From assembly GCA_946624065.1 (NCBI GenBank), contig CAMORT010000002.1:10542-74541 (forward strand): a DNA stretch of 64,000 nt, in the 5' to 3' direction. The notes under the pieces were generated by a model. It saw only the letters and a list, made by a program, of their open reading frames with translations. It was not told the origin of the DNA and did not search any database. A program made the translations under genes and the position numbers. The stretch is from an uncultured Bacteroidales bacterium (GTDB taxonomy: Bacteria; Bacteroidota; Bacteroidia; Bacteroidales; WCHB1-69). Positions 8,543 through 17,718 of the stretch are shown in pieces (position 1 is the stretch's first letter; every line of letters starts with the position of its first letter).

Positions 8543-9337
8543 ATGAAAATCAAAGAAGTAACGAACTATTTGGAGGAGCGGTTTCCGCTCTGTTTGCAGG
8601 AGGATTTTGACAATTGCGGTGTTCAGTGTGGCGATGTGGAGCAAGAAATCACCGGTGCGCTGGTTTGTTTTGAGATGTCGGAAAAGGTGATAGAGGAGGC
8701 GCTTGCCATGAATGCCAATTTGGTGATCTCGCACCATCCGTTGATGCTCAAGCGTGGCATCTGCAAGATAGAGCCCACCAACCGGGTAGGCAGTGTGATA
8801 TGCAAAGCACTGGGTCACAATATGGTACTCTATTCCATGCACACCAATATTGACAGTGCCGAGGGTGGCGGAAACGATGTGTTTGCTGAGAAACTGGATT
8901 TGCGGAATGTGCGTGTGCTGGTGCCTTCGGAGGCGGAGGGAATGGCTGAACATAACGGGCTTGGTCGTATTGGCACACTGTCCGAGCCTATGCCGGTAAT
9001 GGATTTTCTGCGCTATGTAAAGACCAAGATGAATCTTCAAGTGCTTCGTTATCATGGAGATACAAGCAAAATCATAAGTACGGTCGCGGTGTGCGGCGGC
9101 GGTGGCGCTTCCTTTATTGAGGACGCATTGCGCGCCGGAGCTGACGCGTATGTGTCGGGTGACATCAAATACCACGACTTCTTCAAGGCCGAAAACAGGA
9201 TGCTTATCGCCGATATCGGACACTATGAAGGTGAGTTTTTTATTAAAGAAATAATTTATAAGGCATTAAAAGAAAAATTTAGTAACTTTGCCGCCGCTAT
9301 TTCTAAAATGGACATTTTAGAAGTTTTGTATTTATAG
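8543..9337 (+). CDS. Nif3-like dinuclear metal centre protein (GTP cyclohydrolase 1 type 2 homologue)
   Basis: 264 aa. The N-terminus ...FPLCLQEDFDNCGVQCGD and the overall layout are typical of NIF3/YbgI. The usual zinc-ribbon partner gene follows. Confidence 0.85.
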   Translation: MKIKEVTNYLEERFPLCLQEDFDNCGVQCGDVEQEITGALVCFEMSEKVIEEALAMNANLVISHHPLMLKRGICKIEPTNRVGSVICKALGHNMVLYSMHTNIDSAEGGGNDVFAEKLDLRNVRVLVPSEAEGMAEHNGLGRIGTLSEPMPVMDFLRYVKTKMNLQVLRYHGDTSKIISTVAVCGGGGASFIEDALRAGADAYVSGDIKYHDFFKAENRMLIADIGHYEGEFFIKEIIYKALKEKFSNFAAAISKMDILEVLYL

Positions 9338-9367
9338 GTATTTGATAATCAAATAATTGAAAATAAT

Positions 9368-10444
9368 ATGGCAACAAAGAAAGCTACAGAAAAAGAGGTC
9401 ACGGAAACGGTAGAGGAACCCAAAACTAAGAAAACTACAGCCAAAAAAACCGCTGTGAAGAAAGAGGAACCCGTAAAAGAAGAGCCCGTAAAGAAGACCG
9501 CTGCCAAGAAAGAAGCAGTCAAGAAAACGGCTGCCCAAAAGGAAACAGCAAAGAAAGAGCCCGCTAAAAAAGCGGCCACTAAAGCCCAGAAGGCAGAGAA
9601 ACCTGTAGTTGAGGCATCCGCATTAGAAGATGATGTTACGGTAGAAAAAACCTCTGACGGCGTGGTTGAGGTGAAAAAGCACGAAATCAACCAAAATACG
9701 GCGGAGGAACTTTCCATTGAACAGAAGTTACTTTCCTTGTATAATCTCCAGCAAATCTGCACCAAAATTGATGACATCCGTATGATCCGCGGCGAATTGC
9801 CGGAGGAAATCCGCGACAACGAGGACGAATGCGAAGGCAAGCGCACCCGTATCGCCAAATTTCAGGATGAGATTGAGAACCTCAAAACGAAAATCTCTTC
9901 TGAAAACACGAAGAAAGAGGAATCTCTCGCCGCTATTAAGAAATATGAGGAGCAGCAGAACAATGTGCGCAACAACCGCGAATACGAATCTTTGAGCAAG
10001 GAGATTGAATACCAGAAATTGGAGATTCAGGTTTCTGAGAAACACAAAGTGAAATATGAAGCCGAAATTGAGGAAAAAGAAGCCCTGATCGAGGAAACGA
10101 AAGTGAAACTTGAGGAACTCGAAGAGGTTTTGAACCAAAAGAAGGCCGAGTTGGAGGTCATCGTAGCCGATACCGAGAAGGAGGAGGAAGAGTTGCTGGC
10201 TCAAGCGGAGGTGCTGAAATCCAAGGTTGACCAGCGTTTGCTCACCGCTTTCGAGCGTATCCGCAAAAGCGCGCACAACGGTCTGGCCATCGTGAAGATT
10301 GAACGTGACGCCTGTGGCGGTTGCTTCAGCAAGATTCCGCCCCAACGCCAACTCGACATTGCGTTGCACAAAAAGATTATCGTTTGTGAGGCCTGCGGCC
10401 GTATCTTCATTGACGACAAATTGGTTCATCGCCAAGAGCAATAA
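9368..10444 (+). CDS. COG1579-type coiled-coil / C4 zinc-ribbon protein with a Lys/Ala/Glu-rich N-terminal extension
   Basis: 358 aa. C-terminal CGGCFSKIPPQ...IIVCEACGRIF zinc ribbon, a long heptad-like coiled coil, and a first ~95 aa made of KKTAxKKE/EEPVK repeats. Confidence 0.8.
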   Translation: MATKKATEKEVTETVEEPKTKKTTAKKTAVKKEEPVKEEPVKKTAAKKEAVKKTAAQKETAKKEPAKKAATKAQKAEKPVVEASALEDDVTVEKTSDGVVEVKKHEINQNTAEELSIEQKLLSLYNLQQICTKIDDIRMIRGELPEEIRDNEDECEGKRTRIAKFQDEIENLKTKISSENTKKEESLAAIKKYEEQQNNVRNNREYESLSKEIEYQKLEIQVSEKHKVKYEAEIEEKEALIEETKVKLEELEEVLNQKKAELEVIVADTEKEEEELLAQAEVLKSKVDQRLLTAFERIRKSAHNGLAIVKIERDACGGCFSKIPPQRQLDIALHKKIIVCEACGRIFIDDKLVHRQEQ

Positions 10445-10465
10445 GACTCAAACCAATAGAAGAAA

Positions 10466-10511
10466 AACCGCTTATCTGTAATTATGAAATATAGGTAAGC
10501 GGTTTTTTTTT
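10466..10511. terminator. Bidirectional intrinsic terminator
   Basis: AACCGCTTA...TAAGCGGTT stem flanked by an A-run and T9, between convergent genes. Confidence 0.7.
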
Positions 10512-10530
10512 CAGACCTGATTTTAGGTTA

Positions 10531-11019
10531 CTACTTTATATCCAGTATTCTAACCGTTTTCATCCCCGTGGGGATGGTGATGTCGAATACATCGCCAATG
10601 CGGTGACCGAAAAGTCCTTTGGCCATGGGTGAGGTGAACGGGATTTTGCCTTGGGCGGCGTTGGCTTCGTCAACACCCGTGATCTGGAGTTGCATCTCAG
10701 TTCCATTTATCCGCAACTGCACGATGGAGCCAAACGCCACTTCTCCGTTGTTCTTGTGTTCGGTCACTTTGGCAATCTTAATGCGGTTTTCTAATAATTC
10801 CAACTTGGCATTCAGGAAGTTGCGCATCACACGCGCGTCGGTTTCCTGCCCGCCCGTGTCGATGGCATCACGCTCGTCGAGAATCGCCTGGCGTTCCTGC
10901 ATCAGCAATTCCATGCCTTTAGGGGTTACATAGTTCACCACCCCAGGAGGAAGAAATGCCCGAGGCGGCACCATTGGCGTTTCTTCCTGGTCGCCTTCCT
11001 TAACAAATCCCCGACTCAT
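10531..11019 (-). CDS. GreA/GreB-family transcription elongation factor homologue
   Basis: 162 aa from MSRGFVKEGDQEE. The C-terminal Gre-type domain reads ...VAFGSIVQLRINGTEMQLQITGVDEANAAQGKIPFTSPMAKGLFGHRIGD. The longer ORF-track start (11115) would overlap the upstream gene by 94 nt. Confidence 0.8.
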   Translation of the reverse strand: MSRGFVKEGDQEETPMVPPRAFLPPGVVNYVTPKGMELLMQERQAILDERDAIDTGGQETDARVMRNFLNAKLELLENRIKIAKVTEHKNNGEVAFGSIVQLRINGTEMQLQITGVDEANAAQGKIPFTSPMAKGLFGHRIGDVFDITIPTGMKTVRILDIK

Positions 11020-11021
11020 GA

Positions 11022-11954
11022 CTAATTGTATTTTCTTCTGAGCAAGTCGCATAAAGAGAGATATGCGGTTGCCGTGGAATCCCAGAAATACTTTTTCTTT
11101 AAGTTCTCGAGACAATCAAAAGCCTCATCCATGCTGGCGCACTGGTTCAATTGCTGGATGGCGGCGCTGAAATCCTCTCCTTTGTTGTTGAACAGTTCTT
11201 TGATAAAAGTGAACTTGTCGTTTATGGAGATGGCTTTGGTAAGGTCGCCCACCTTGGCGTGTTGGAATTGTACGCCCAGGGAACGGTCTTCCTGTTGCTT
11301 GTTGAACAAGTCGTTGAGGGAGCGCGGCGCGGTTTTCGGCGCGCTTTTTTGAGGAATAAATTGCAGCAAGTCATCTTCATTCTCATCGTTCAACCGTTCG
11401 GGTTCAATGACTTGTTCCGGTTTTTGCGCCACTTTGGAAGGTTGTGGGGTGGCCGTTTTGGGCTTCACCACCTCAGGTTGTTTTTCCAAATCAAGTTTCA
11501 ATTCTTGCTGTGGCGCAGGTTTGGACTCCGGAGCCGGTTCAACTACCGGTTTGGAAGCGGGCGCTGATACGGGCTCTTTTACCGGTTCGGGAATAATTTC
11601 CTTTACGGGTTCGGGAGTCGGTTCTTTCACCGGTTCCGGTACCGGGATGGGTTCTGGTTCGGGAACAGGTTCTTCTGCCACTTCAGGTGTTTGCGGCGCA
11701 CCATAACTCTCATGCTCGGTATCGAAAAACAAATCAACATCATCTTCCATTCCTTTGTGAACCTCATATTCGGGTTCCTCTTCTTCTATCTTAGCGGGAA
11801 TCTCCAATTCCTCAATCAACTGCGACTGGAGGTACAGTTTGCGCAGTTTTTCGAGTAAAATATCCTTCTCGATTTTCGGGAGTTGGCAATTCTCATTGCA
11901 GATAACCAAAAGATTATCAATTATTTCATTAATTTGTTTAAAAGAATTTTGCAT
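11022..11954 (-). CDS. Hypothetical protein with a central Pro/Glu/Val-rich repeat linker
   Basis: 310-aa ORF with a globular N-terminus and C-terminus. Central EPVPEPEPIPVPEPVKEPTPEPVKEIIPEPVKEPVSAPASKPVVEPAPESKPAP. The stop is 2 nt from the Gre-like start. Confidence 0.7.
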   Translation of the reverse strand: MQNSFKQINEIIDNLLVICNENCQLPKIEKDILLEKLRKLYLQSQLIEELEIPAKIEEEEPEYEVHKGMEDDVDLFFDTEHESYGAPQTPEVAEEPVPEPEPIPVPEPVKEPTPEPVKEIIPEPVKEPVSAPASKPVVEPAPESKPAPQQELKLDLEKQPEVVKPKTATPQPSKVAQKPEQVIEPERLNDENEDDLLQFIPQKSAPKTAPRSLNDLFNKQQEDRSLGVQFQHAKVGDLTKAISINDKFTFIKELFNNKGEDFSAAIQQLNQCASMDEAFDCLENLKKKYFWDSTATAYLSLCDLLRRKYN

Positions 11955-11993
11955 TTTATGAAGAGTTAATGGTTATAGGTGCGCAAATATTGT

Positions 11994-12001
11994 TAATTTT
12001 G
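11994..12001 (+). promoter_or_regulatory. -7 promoter box (TAATTTTG) for tdk-pta
   Basis: GTTAATTTTGCGG, 50 nt upstream of the tdk ATG. Confidence 0.45.
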
Positions 12002-12020
12002 CGGCTCAGAAAAAATCGGC

Positions 12021-12028
12021 CAAAAATA
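12021..12028 (-). promoter_or_regulatory. -7 promoter box (TATTTTTG) for the 11954-10531 operon
   Basis: The minus strand reads TTTTGTATTTTTGGCC. It is divergent from the tdk promoter. Confidence 0.45.
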
Positions 12029-12050
12029 CAAAATTTAATCGGGCTGTCAA

Positions 12051-12641
12051 ATGTTTTTGGAAAATAAAGCAAATAGGAACACAAAAAAAGGATGGATCGA
12101 GGTGATATGCGGGTCTATGTTCTCCGGCAAAACGGAGGAATTGTTGCGTAGAATCCGCCGCGCGGAGTTCGCCCAGCAGGAAATCGAACTCTTCAAACCC
12201 GCTATAGACACGAGATACGACGAGACTGATGTGGTTTCGCACAATGAAAATTCGCGCGTTTCCACGCCTGTGCATAACTCCTCCGAAATTCTGCTCTATG
12301 TGAACATGGAATCAGTCCAGGTAGTGGCTATCGATGAAATCCAATTTTTTGATGACGGCATTGTGGAGGTCTGCAATACGCTGGCCAATGCTGGTATCCG
12401 TGTGATTGTCAGCGGGTTGGATATGGATTACTTGGGTAATCCGTTCGGTCCGATGCCCAAACTGATGGCGGTGGCGGAGTATGTGAGCAAGCAGCACGCC
12501 ATCTGCACGCGTTGCGGTGATTTGGCGCAATACTCACATCGCATTGTGGCCACAGAAGGCCAAGTGTTACTGGGCGAGAAGGACTCTTATGAACCCCTTT
12601 GCCGCCATTGCTTCAACGAGGCGATGAAGGAGGCACAATAA
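12051..12641 (+). CDS. tdk: Thymidine kinase
   Basis: 196 aa. P-loop GSMFSGKT and C-terminal zinc-binding cysteines CTRCG...CRHC. Confidence 0.92.
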   Translation: MFLENKANRNTKKGWIEVICGSMFSGKTEELLRRIRRAEFAQQEIELFKPAIDTRYDETDVVSHNENSRVSTPVHNSSEILLYVNMESVQVVAIDEIQFFDDGIVEVCNTLANAGIRVIVSGLDMDYLGNPFGPMPKLMAVAEYVSKQHAICTRCGDLAQYSHRIVATEGQVLLGEKDSYEPLCRHCFNEAMKEAQ

Positions 12642-12678
12642 AAAGACATTTTAATAAACTAATTAATAATAAGATACG

Positions 12679-13686
12679 ATGAATTTAATTGACAAAATCA
12701 AAGCAAATGCCATCGAAGCCAATAAAAGAATTGTTTTGGCTGAGGGTGAAGAAGAAAGAACATTGAAAGCCGCTGACATCATCCTGGACAAAGGATACGC
12801 CGGCATCGTACTGTTAGGCAATAAAGCCAAAATTGAGGCACAGGCCGCAGAATGGGGTTTGAAAAACATCGGCAAAGCCGAAATCATCGACCCGATGGAC
12901 AACCCGAAAAAGGAATATTATGCTGAAATGCTTTGCGAGATCCGCAAGAAAAAAGGCATGACCATCGAAGAGGCCCGCAAGTTGGTGGAAGATCCGCTCT
13001 ATCTGGCCACATTGCTGATTAAGAATGGTGATGCTGATGGTGAAGTTACCGGCGCACAGCACGCCACCGGCGATGTTTTGCGTCCCGCCTTCCAGATTGT
13101 GAAGACCCTCCCTGGCATTTCCGTCGTTTCCGGCGCATTCATCATGTGCTTCCCTGACAAGAAATGGGGTGACGATGGCATCATGGTTTTCGCTGATTGC
13201 GCTGCCGATCCGAATACGGACGAGAACAAGTTGGCTCAGATTGCTGTGGTTACAGCCCAAACCGCCCGCACCATCGCCGGCATTGAGCCGAGAGTGGCCA
13301 TGTTGAGTTTCTCCACTAAGGGTTCCGCTAAACACGAACTCGTGGACAAAGTGGTGAATGCCACCCGCATCGCCAAGGAAATGGATCCCAACTTGTTGAT
13401 CGATGGTGATTTGCAAGCAGATGCCGCTATTATTCCCGAAGTGGCCGCCAAGAAGGCTCCGGGCAGTCCTGTAGCTGGTAAAGCCAATGTGCTGGTATTC
13501 CCGTCACTTGAGGTGGGCAATATCGCTTACAAACTTGTGCAGCGCATGGCCGGTGCCGATGCTGTAGGTCCTGTGATGCAAGGTATGGCAGCTCCGATCA
13601 ACGACCTCTCCCGTGGATGTTCTGTGGAAGACATCGTAAGTTTGGTGGCCATCACGGCTTGTCAAGCAGCTGGCAATAAATTCTAA
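12679..13686 (+). CDS. pta: Phosphate acetyltransferase
   Basis: 335 aa. Colinear with short-form Pta (PTA_PTB family): MNLIDKIKANA...RIVLAEGEEERTLKAA...DGDLQADAA. Confidence 0.92.
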   Translation: MNLIDKIKANAIEANKRIVLAEGEEERTLKAADIILDKGYAGIVLLGNKAKIEAQAAEWGLKNIGKAEIIDPMDNPKKEYYAEMLCEIRKKKGMTIEEARKLVEDPLYLATLLIKNGDADGEVTGAQHATGDVLRPAFQIVKTLPGISVVSGAFIMCFPDKKWGDDGIMVFADCAADPNTDENKLAQIAVVTAQTARTIAGIEPRVAMLSFSTKGSAKHELVDKVVNATRIAKEMDPNLLIDGDLQADAAIIPEVAAKKAPGSPVAGKANVLVFPSLEVGNIAYKLVQRMAGADAVGPVMQGMAAPINDLSRGCSVEDIVSLVAITACQAAGNKF

Positions 13687-13704
13687 TAATAATCATTAAT
13701 ATTA

Positions 13705-13736
13705 ATGTACAGACGCGATTTATCGCGTCTGTACAT
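13705..13736 (+). terminator. Hairpin downstream of pta
   Basis: Near-perfect 32-nt palindrome ATGTACAGACGCGAT-TT-ATCGCGTCTGTACAT followed by TATATTT. Confidence 0.6.
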
Positions 13737-13755
13737 TATATTTATAACCCGCATT

Positions 13756-14346
13756 ATGAAAAAAACCGCAACCCTAATACTGGCTCTTGTGCTCGCCTTT
13801 TCCGCCGGAGCACAATCTATTCGTGTTCCCCGGACCTTGCGCTCCGGAGCAAAACAAGCCGCCCAAGCCAAAAACCCCAACGACCAAAAACTGACCTTTT
13901 TTGCTGGTGGAAACATCAATTCCAATTTCGGTTCCCAGTTGGCCCTTGCTTTGGAAGGCGGTGTGTATGCCAAACCATGGTTGCGTTTCGGTGTGGGCCC
14001 GCGCTATGAGATGACCTTCAACTACTATGCCGACAAGGTTTCCCATGCGTTCGGCGCCTCCGCCTTCGGCGAATTTATCATCGCCAACTATATTATAGGG
14101 CATGTCGGGTATGAGTTTTTGAACTATCCGACCTACGAGCAGGATGAGTTGGGCAATTTGCTGTTGGACCAACCAATCCGTAAAAACATCCATGCTTTGG
14201 CCCTGGGTATCGGATTTCAAACCCATATCAATGAGATGGTTGGTTTAGAGGCCCAGTATATCATCTATCCGGTGCAGACCAAGAATGACTACTACGCCAA
14301 ATTTTTACCCATGTTTGCGCGTATTGGTATTACCGTTGACTTGTAG
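13756..14346 (+). CDS. Putative outer-membrane beta-barrel protein
   Basis: 196 aa from MKKTATLILALVLAFSAGAQS (signal peptide). Alternating aromatic/Gly-rich strands. The ORF-track start at 13705 lies inside the pta terminator hairpin. Confidence 0.55.
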   Translation: MKKTATLILALVLAFSAGAQSIRVPRTLRSGAKQAAQAKNPNDQKLTFFAGGNINSNFGSQLALALEGGVYAKPWLRFGVGPRYEMTFNYYADKVSHAFGASAFGEFIIANYIIGHVGYEFLNYPTYEQDELGNLLLDQPIRKNIHALALGIGFQTHINEMVGLEAQYIIYPVQTKNDYYAKFLPMFARIGITVDL

Positions 14347-14360
14347 CATTTCCGGCAGGC

Positions 14361-15590
14361 ATGTCCCGATTTTCCCTTAACTTCTTGTTAGCCAGAAGGA
14401 TTCTGAAAGACAAAGGCGACCGTTTTTCCCGCCCGATTGTTTATTTGTCGGTGGGTGGCGTTTCGTTGGGACTGGTCATCATGATGATAGCCATTGGGGT
14501 GACATCGGGATACAAACAGGAGATTCGCAATAAGGTCATTGCCATGGGTTCGCACATCCGCATCACCCATTACGATCAGAATTATTCGTTTGAGCAGGTG
14601 CCCATCAATCAGCACAGCGACTGTATCCTGCAACTGAAAAACAATCCGGATGTGGTTGAGGTGCAGAATTTTGCCACGAAAGTCGGCATCATCAAGACCG
14701 ACGACCAGGTGGAAGGCGTGGTGCTGAAAGGTGTGGACAAGACTTTTTCATGGGACTTTTTTCAGAAAAACATCATTCAGGGAGAAGGGTTTTCCACTAC
14801 AGACACCACGGCATCCAACAGCATTATTGTTTCCAAGCGGATGGCTGACAAATTGCGGTTGAAAGTGGGCGACAAGGTGCACACCTATTTTGTGCAGGAC
14901 CCGCCGCGCCAGCGCAGTTTCAAGATTTCGGGCATCTATGAAACAGGTTTGCCCGAATACGACAACATGTTTGCGCTGGTGGACTTGCGGCATGTGCAGA
15001 AACTCAACGATTGGAACGACAGTCTGGTGAGCGGTGTGGAAGTGCTCACCCGCGATTACGACAAGATCGATGAGATTGGCGACTACATCCATCACCATAT
15101 CGATTATGATATGAAGGCGGAAACCATCAAGCAGATTTATCCGGAGATTTTCGAGTGGATTGCGTTGTTCGACATGAATGTGGCCGTGTTGCTCATCATC
15201 ACCACCTGTGTCTGTCTGGTAACTATGATGTCCATTTTCTTCATTATTGTATTGGAGCAAACGCAGACCATCGGCATACTCAAATCGTTGGGCATGAAGA
15301 CCAAACAGGTGGTGGGCACATTCATTTTAGTGGCTGGCGATATTTTGTTGAAAGGCATGCTGATAGGCGACGCGATAGCCCTGCTTCTTGGTTTTTTGCA
15401 GCAGAAATTCCATTTTATCCGGTTGAACCCTGACACATACTATGTCAATTATGTCCCAATTCATTTTGATTGGGTGCAGGTTTTGCTGCTGAACGCCGGT
15501 GTTTTTGCGGTTTGCATGGCCGTGTTGCTGATTCCCGCCTGGGTGGTGAGCAGGAAAATCACCCCTGTGAATGCGGTTCAGTTCGAGTAA
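14361..15590 (+). CDS. FtsX-like ABC transporter permease (LolC/E family)
   Basis: 409 aa. N-terminal TM helix, large periplasmic loop, then a C-terminal cluster of three TM helices (FtsX domain). The start RFSLNFLLARRIL is typical of the family. Confidence 0.85.
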   Translation: MSRFSLNFLLARRILKDKGDRFSRPIVYLSVGGVSLGLVIMMIAIGVTSGYKQEIRNKVIAMGSHIRITHYDQNYSFEQVPINQHSDCILQLKNNPDVVEVQNFATKVGIIKTDDQVEGVVLKGVDKTFSWDFFQKNIIQGEGFSTTDTTASNSIIVSKRMADKLRLKVGDKVHTYFVQDPPRQRSFKISGIYETGLPEYDNMFALVDLRHVQKLNDWNDSLVSGVEVLTRDYDKIDEIGDYIHHHIDYDMKAETIKQIYPEIFEWIALFDMNVAVLLIITTCVCLVTMMSIFFIIVLEQTQTIGILKSLGMKTKQVVGTFILVAGDILLKGMLIGDAIALLLGFLQQKFHFIRLNPDTYYVNYVPIHFDWVQVLLLNAGVFAVCMAVLLIPAWVVSRKITPVNAVQFE

Positions 15591-15646
15591 TAACATGATT
15601 TTCAATAAAAAATGAGTGCAAGGGTACGAGCGAATAAAAAAAAGTG

Positions 15647-15654
15647 TACTTTTG
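15647..15654 (+). promoter_or_regulatory. -7 promoter box (TACTTTTG) for rpsF-rpsR-rplI
   Basis: GTGTACTTTTGCACC. Confidence 0.55.
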
Positions 15655-15702
15655 CACCCCAATTTTATAAACATATTTTTTAACAAAAACAACTAAAAAA
15701 TT

Positions 15703-16134
15703 ATGGCAAATCAGTACGAAACCGTTTTCATTATGACGCCCGTTTTGTCTGAAGAACAGATGAAGGAAACGGTTCAAAAATTCGAGAAGGTTCTCACCGA
15801 CAAAGGCGCTGAGATCGTGCATCAAGAGAACTGGGGCCTCCGCAAGTTGGAGTATCCCATCCAAAAGAAGTCTTCCGGCTTCTATCATTTAATTGAATTC
15901 AAAGCAGAAGGTTCTGTAGTGGAGGCATTGGAGCTGCAATACCGCCGCGACGAGCGCATCATGCGCTTCCTGACCGTGAGCATGGACAAATACGCCATCG
16001 CTTACGCTGAGAAGAGACGCGCCAACCGCAAAGAGAAAGCCGCCGCTAAGGAAGAAGTGAAAGAGGAAACCCCCGTTGTGGAACAACCTCAGGAAGTTAA
16101 CAATGAGTCTAACCAAACAGAACAAGCAGAATAG
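15703..16134 (+). CDS. rpsF: 30S ribosomal protein S6 (with an acidic/Lys-rich C-terminal tail)
   Basis: 143 aa. [19 protein letters not shown]... is a canonical S6 N-terminus, in the operon order S6-S18-L9. Confidence 0.95.
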   Translation: MANQYETVFIMTPVLSEEQMKETVQKFEKVLTDKGAEIVHQENWGLRKLEYPIQKKSSGFYHLIEFKAEGSVVEALELQYRRDERIMRFLTVSMDKYAIAYAEKRRANRKEKAAAKEEVKEETPVVEQPQEVNNESNQTEQAE

Positions 16135-16136
16135 TT

Positions 16137-16409
16137 ATGGCACAACAGAATGACATTAAATACATTGCTCCTGTAGCAGTTGACATTAAGAAGAAAAAAT
16201 ACTGCCGTTTCAAAAAGAGCGGTATCAAGTACATCGACTACAAAGATGGTGAATTCTTGAAGAAATTCGTGAACGAACAGGGTAAGATTCTGCCCCGCCG
16301 TCTCACCGGTACTTCTTTGAAATATCAGAAGAAAGTGGCCCAGGCCGTGAAAAGAGCCCGTCATTTGGCCCTGCTTCCGTTTGTAACCGATAATTTAAAA
16401 TCTAACTAA
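16137..16409 (+). CDS. rpsR: 30S ribosomal protein S18
   Basis: 90 aa. ...[15 protein letters not shown]...LPRRLTGT... Confidence 0.95.
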   Translation: MAQQNDIKYIAPVAVDIKKKKYCRFKKSGIKYIDYKDGEFLKKFVNEQGKILPRRLTGTSLKYQKKVAQAVKRARHLALLPFVTDNLKSN

Positions 16410-16423
16410 TAGGAGGAATTGAC

Positions 16424-16882
16424 ATGGAAATTATATTGAAACAAGACGTACAGAATTTAGGCTATGCCGATGACCTCGTAAAGGTTAAAGACGGTTATGC
16501 ACGCAACTACCTCATCCCTCAAGGATTGGCAGAACTGGCAACGCCCGCAAAGAAGAAAATGCTGGCTGAAACGCTGAAACAACGCGAGTTCAAGGCAGAA
16601 AAAATCAGAAAAGAAGCTGAATTTCTCGCTGGCAAGATTGAAGGTCTCGAGGTTACCATCCCGACCAAGGCTTCTGAAAAAGGCACCATTTTCGGTTCCG
16701 TTACCTCTATCGCCGTTGCTAACGCGCTGAAAGAGCAACACGATATCGACATTGACCGCAGAAAGATCGTCATGCACGAAGACCACATCAAGGAACTTGG
16801 CCAGTACACCGCTCAAGTGAACTTGCACAAGGACTTCAACAAGGTGACTATCAAACTCAATGTTGTAGCCGAAGAAGAGTAA
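16424..16882 (+). CDS. rplI: 50S ribosomal protein L9
   Basis: 152 aa. MEIILKQDVQNLGYADDLVKVKDGYARNYLIPQGLA. Confidence 0.95.
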   Translation: MEIILKQDVQNLGYADDLVKVKDGYARNYLIPQGLAELATPAKKKMLAETLKQREFKAEKIRKEAEFLAGKIEGLEVTIPTKASEKGTIFGSVTSIAVANALKEQHDIDIDRRKIVMHEDHIKELGQYTAQVNLHKDFNKVTIKLNVVAEEE

Positions 16883-16904
16883 TAATTATTTTTCTTTCAT
16901 ATAG

Positions 16905-16936
16905 AAACTCTCTCCAATAGGGGAGAGTTTTTTTTT
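16905..16936 (+). terminator. Intrinsic terminator after rplI
   Basis: AAACTCTCTCC-AATA-GGGGAGAGTTT followed by a T-run. Confidence 0.75.
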
Positions 16937-16937
16937 G

Positions 16938-16945
16938 TATTTTTG
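16938..16945 (+). promoter_or_regulatory. -7 promoter box (TATTTTTG) for pyrH
   Basis: TTGTATTTTTGCGC. It overlaps the ORF-track Met at 16943 and so supports the start at 16964. Confidence 0.55.
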
Positions 16946-16963
16946 CGCTCAATAATAAACGAT

Positions 16964-17668
16964 ATGAAATACAAGCGAATACTTCTCAAACTCAGTGGCG
17001 AATCCCTTATGGGGGATGACGGCTATGGAATACAATACCAGAATGTGCATCACTATGCCTCCGAGATCAAGTCTGTTGTGGATTTGGGAGTGCAGGTGGG
17101 CGTAGTGATTGGCGGAGGCAACATTTTCCGGGGTGTGCAGGGCGCGTCCAAGGGTTTCGATCGCCGCCAAGGCGACCAGATGGGTATGCTGGCCACCATA
17201 ATCAACGCCATGGCCATGCAAGCCGCCTTGGAGGAGATGGGCGTGAAAGCCAAAGTGCTTACCGCCTTCGCCATTGAAAGTGTGGGCGAGCGCATCTCCT
17301 GGCGCAAAGCTGTAGAAGAACTCGAAAGCGGCACTGTGGCCATCTTCGGTGGCGGCACTGGCAACCCTTTCTTTACTACCGACTCCGGCGCAGCGCTCCG
17401 TGCCGTCGAAATCAAAGCCGACCTCTTGCTTAAGGGCACTCGCGTGGACGGTGTCTATACCGCCGACCCCGAAAAAGACCCCACCGCCACCAAATACTCA
17501 AATCTCACATTCGATGAGGCGTACCAGAAAAATCTGAAAATCATGGACATGACCGCATTTACCGTCTGCAAAGAAAATAACATGCCCATTTATGTCTATG
17601 ATGCCAACAAACCTGGAAATCTTTTAAAAGTGCTGAATGGCGAACCTATCGGCACGCTTTTACAATAA
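16964..17668 (+). CDS. pyrH: UMP kinase
   Basis: 234 aa from MKYKRILLKLSGE. Contains GGGNIFRG and other PyrH motifs. Confidence 0.93.
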   Translation: MKYKRILLKLSGESLMGDDGYGIQYQNVHHYASEIKSVVDLGVQVGVVIGGGNIFRGVQGASKGFDRRQGDQMGMLATIINAMAMQAALEEMGVKAKVLTAFAIESVGERISWRKAVEELESGTVAIFGGGTGNPFFTTDSGAALRAVEIKADLLLKGTRVDGVYTADPEKDPTATKYSNLTFDEAYQKNLKIMDMTAFTVCKENNMPIYVYDANKPGNLLKVLNGEPIGTLLQ

Positions 17669-17718
17669 TTCACGTAAGTCGCCACAGGGTGCCGGCTCAC
17701 AACTAAAAACTAAAAACT

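Noticed and set aside
12006-12275. Small stand-alone ORFs in or near intergenic regions (12006-12275, 31175-31363, 32193-32465, 36048-36236, 8259-8465, 6412-6686, 59475-59801).
   Set aside because: They overlap promoters, tRNA-Cys, word-repeat arrays or the ends of well-supported genes. Their translations are low-complexity and they have no promoter box of their own.
16943-16963. Longer ORF-track start codons for several genes: 16943 pyrH, 56334 kinase-RapZ fusion, 28014 TonB receptor, 11115 Gre-like, 5026 lipoprotein, 4920 PPTase, 13705 OMP, 53020 MORN, 54329 MBL, 24659 metK.
   Set aside because: In each case the extension overlaps a neighbouring gene, a terminator hairpin or the gene's own TAnnTTTG box. 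An internal Met also gives a canonical N-terminus (signal peptide or conserved family start).
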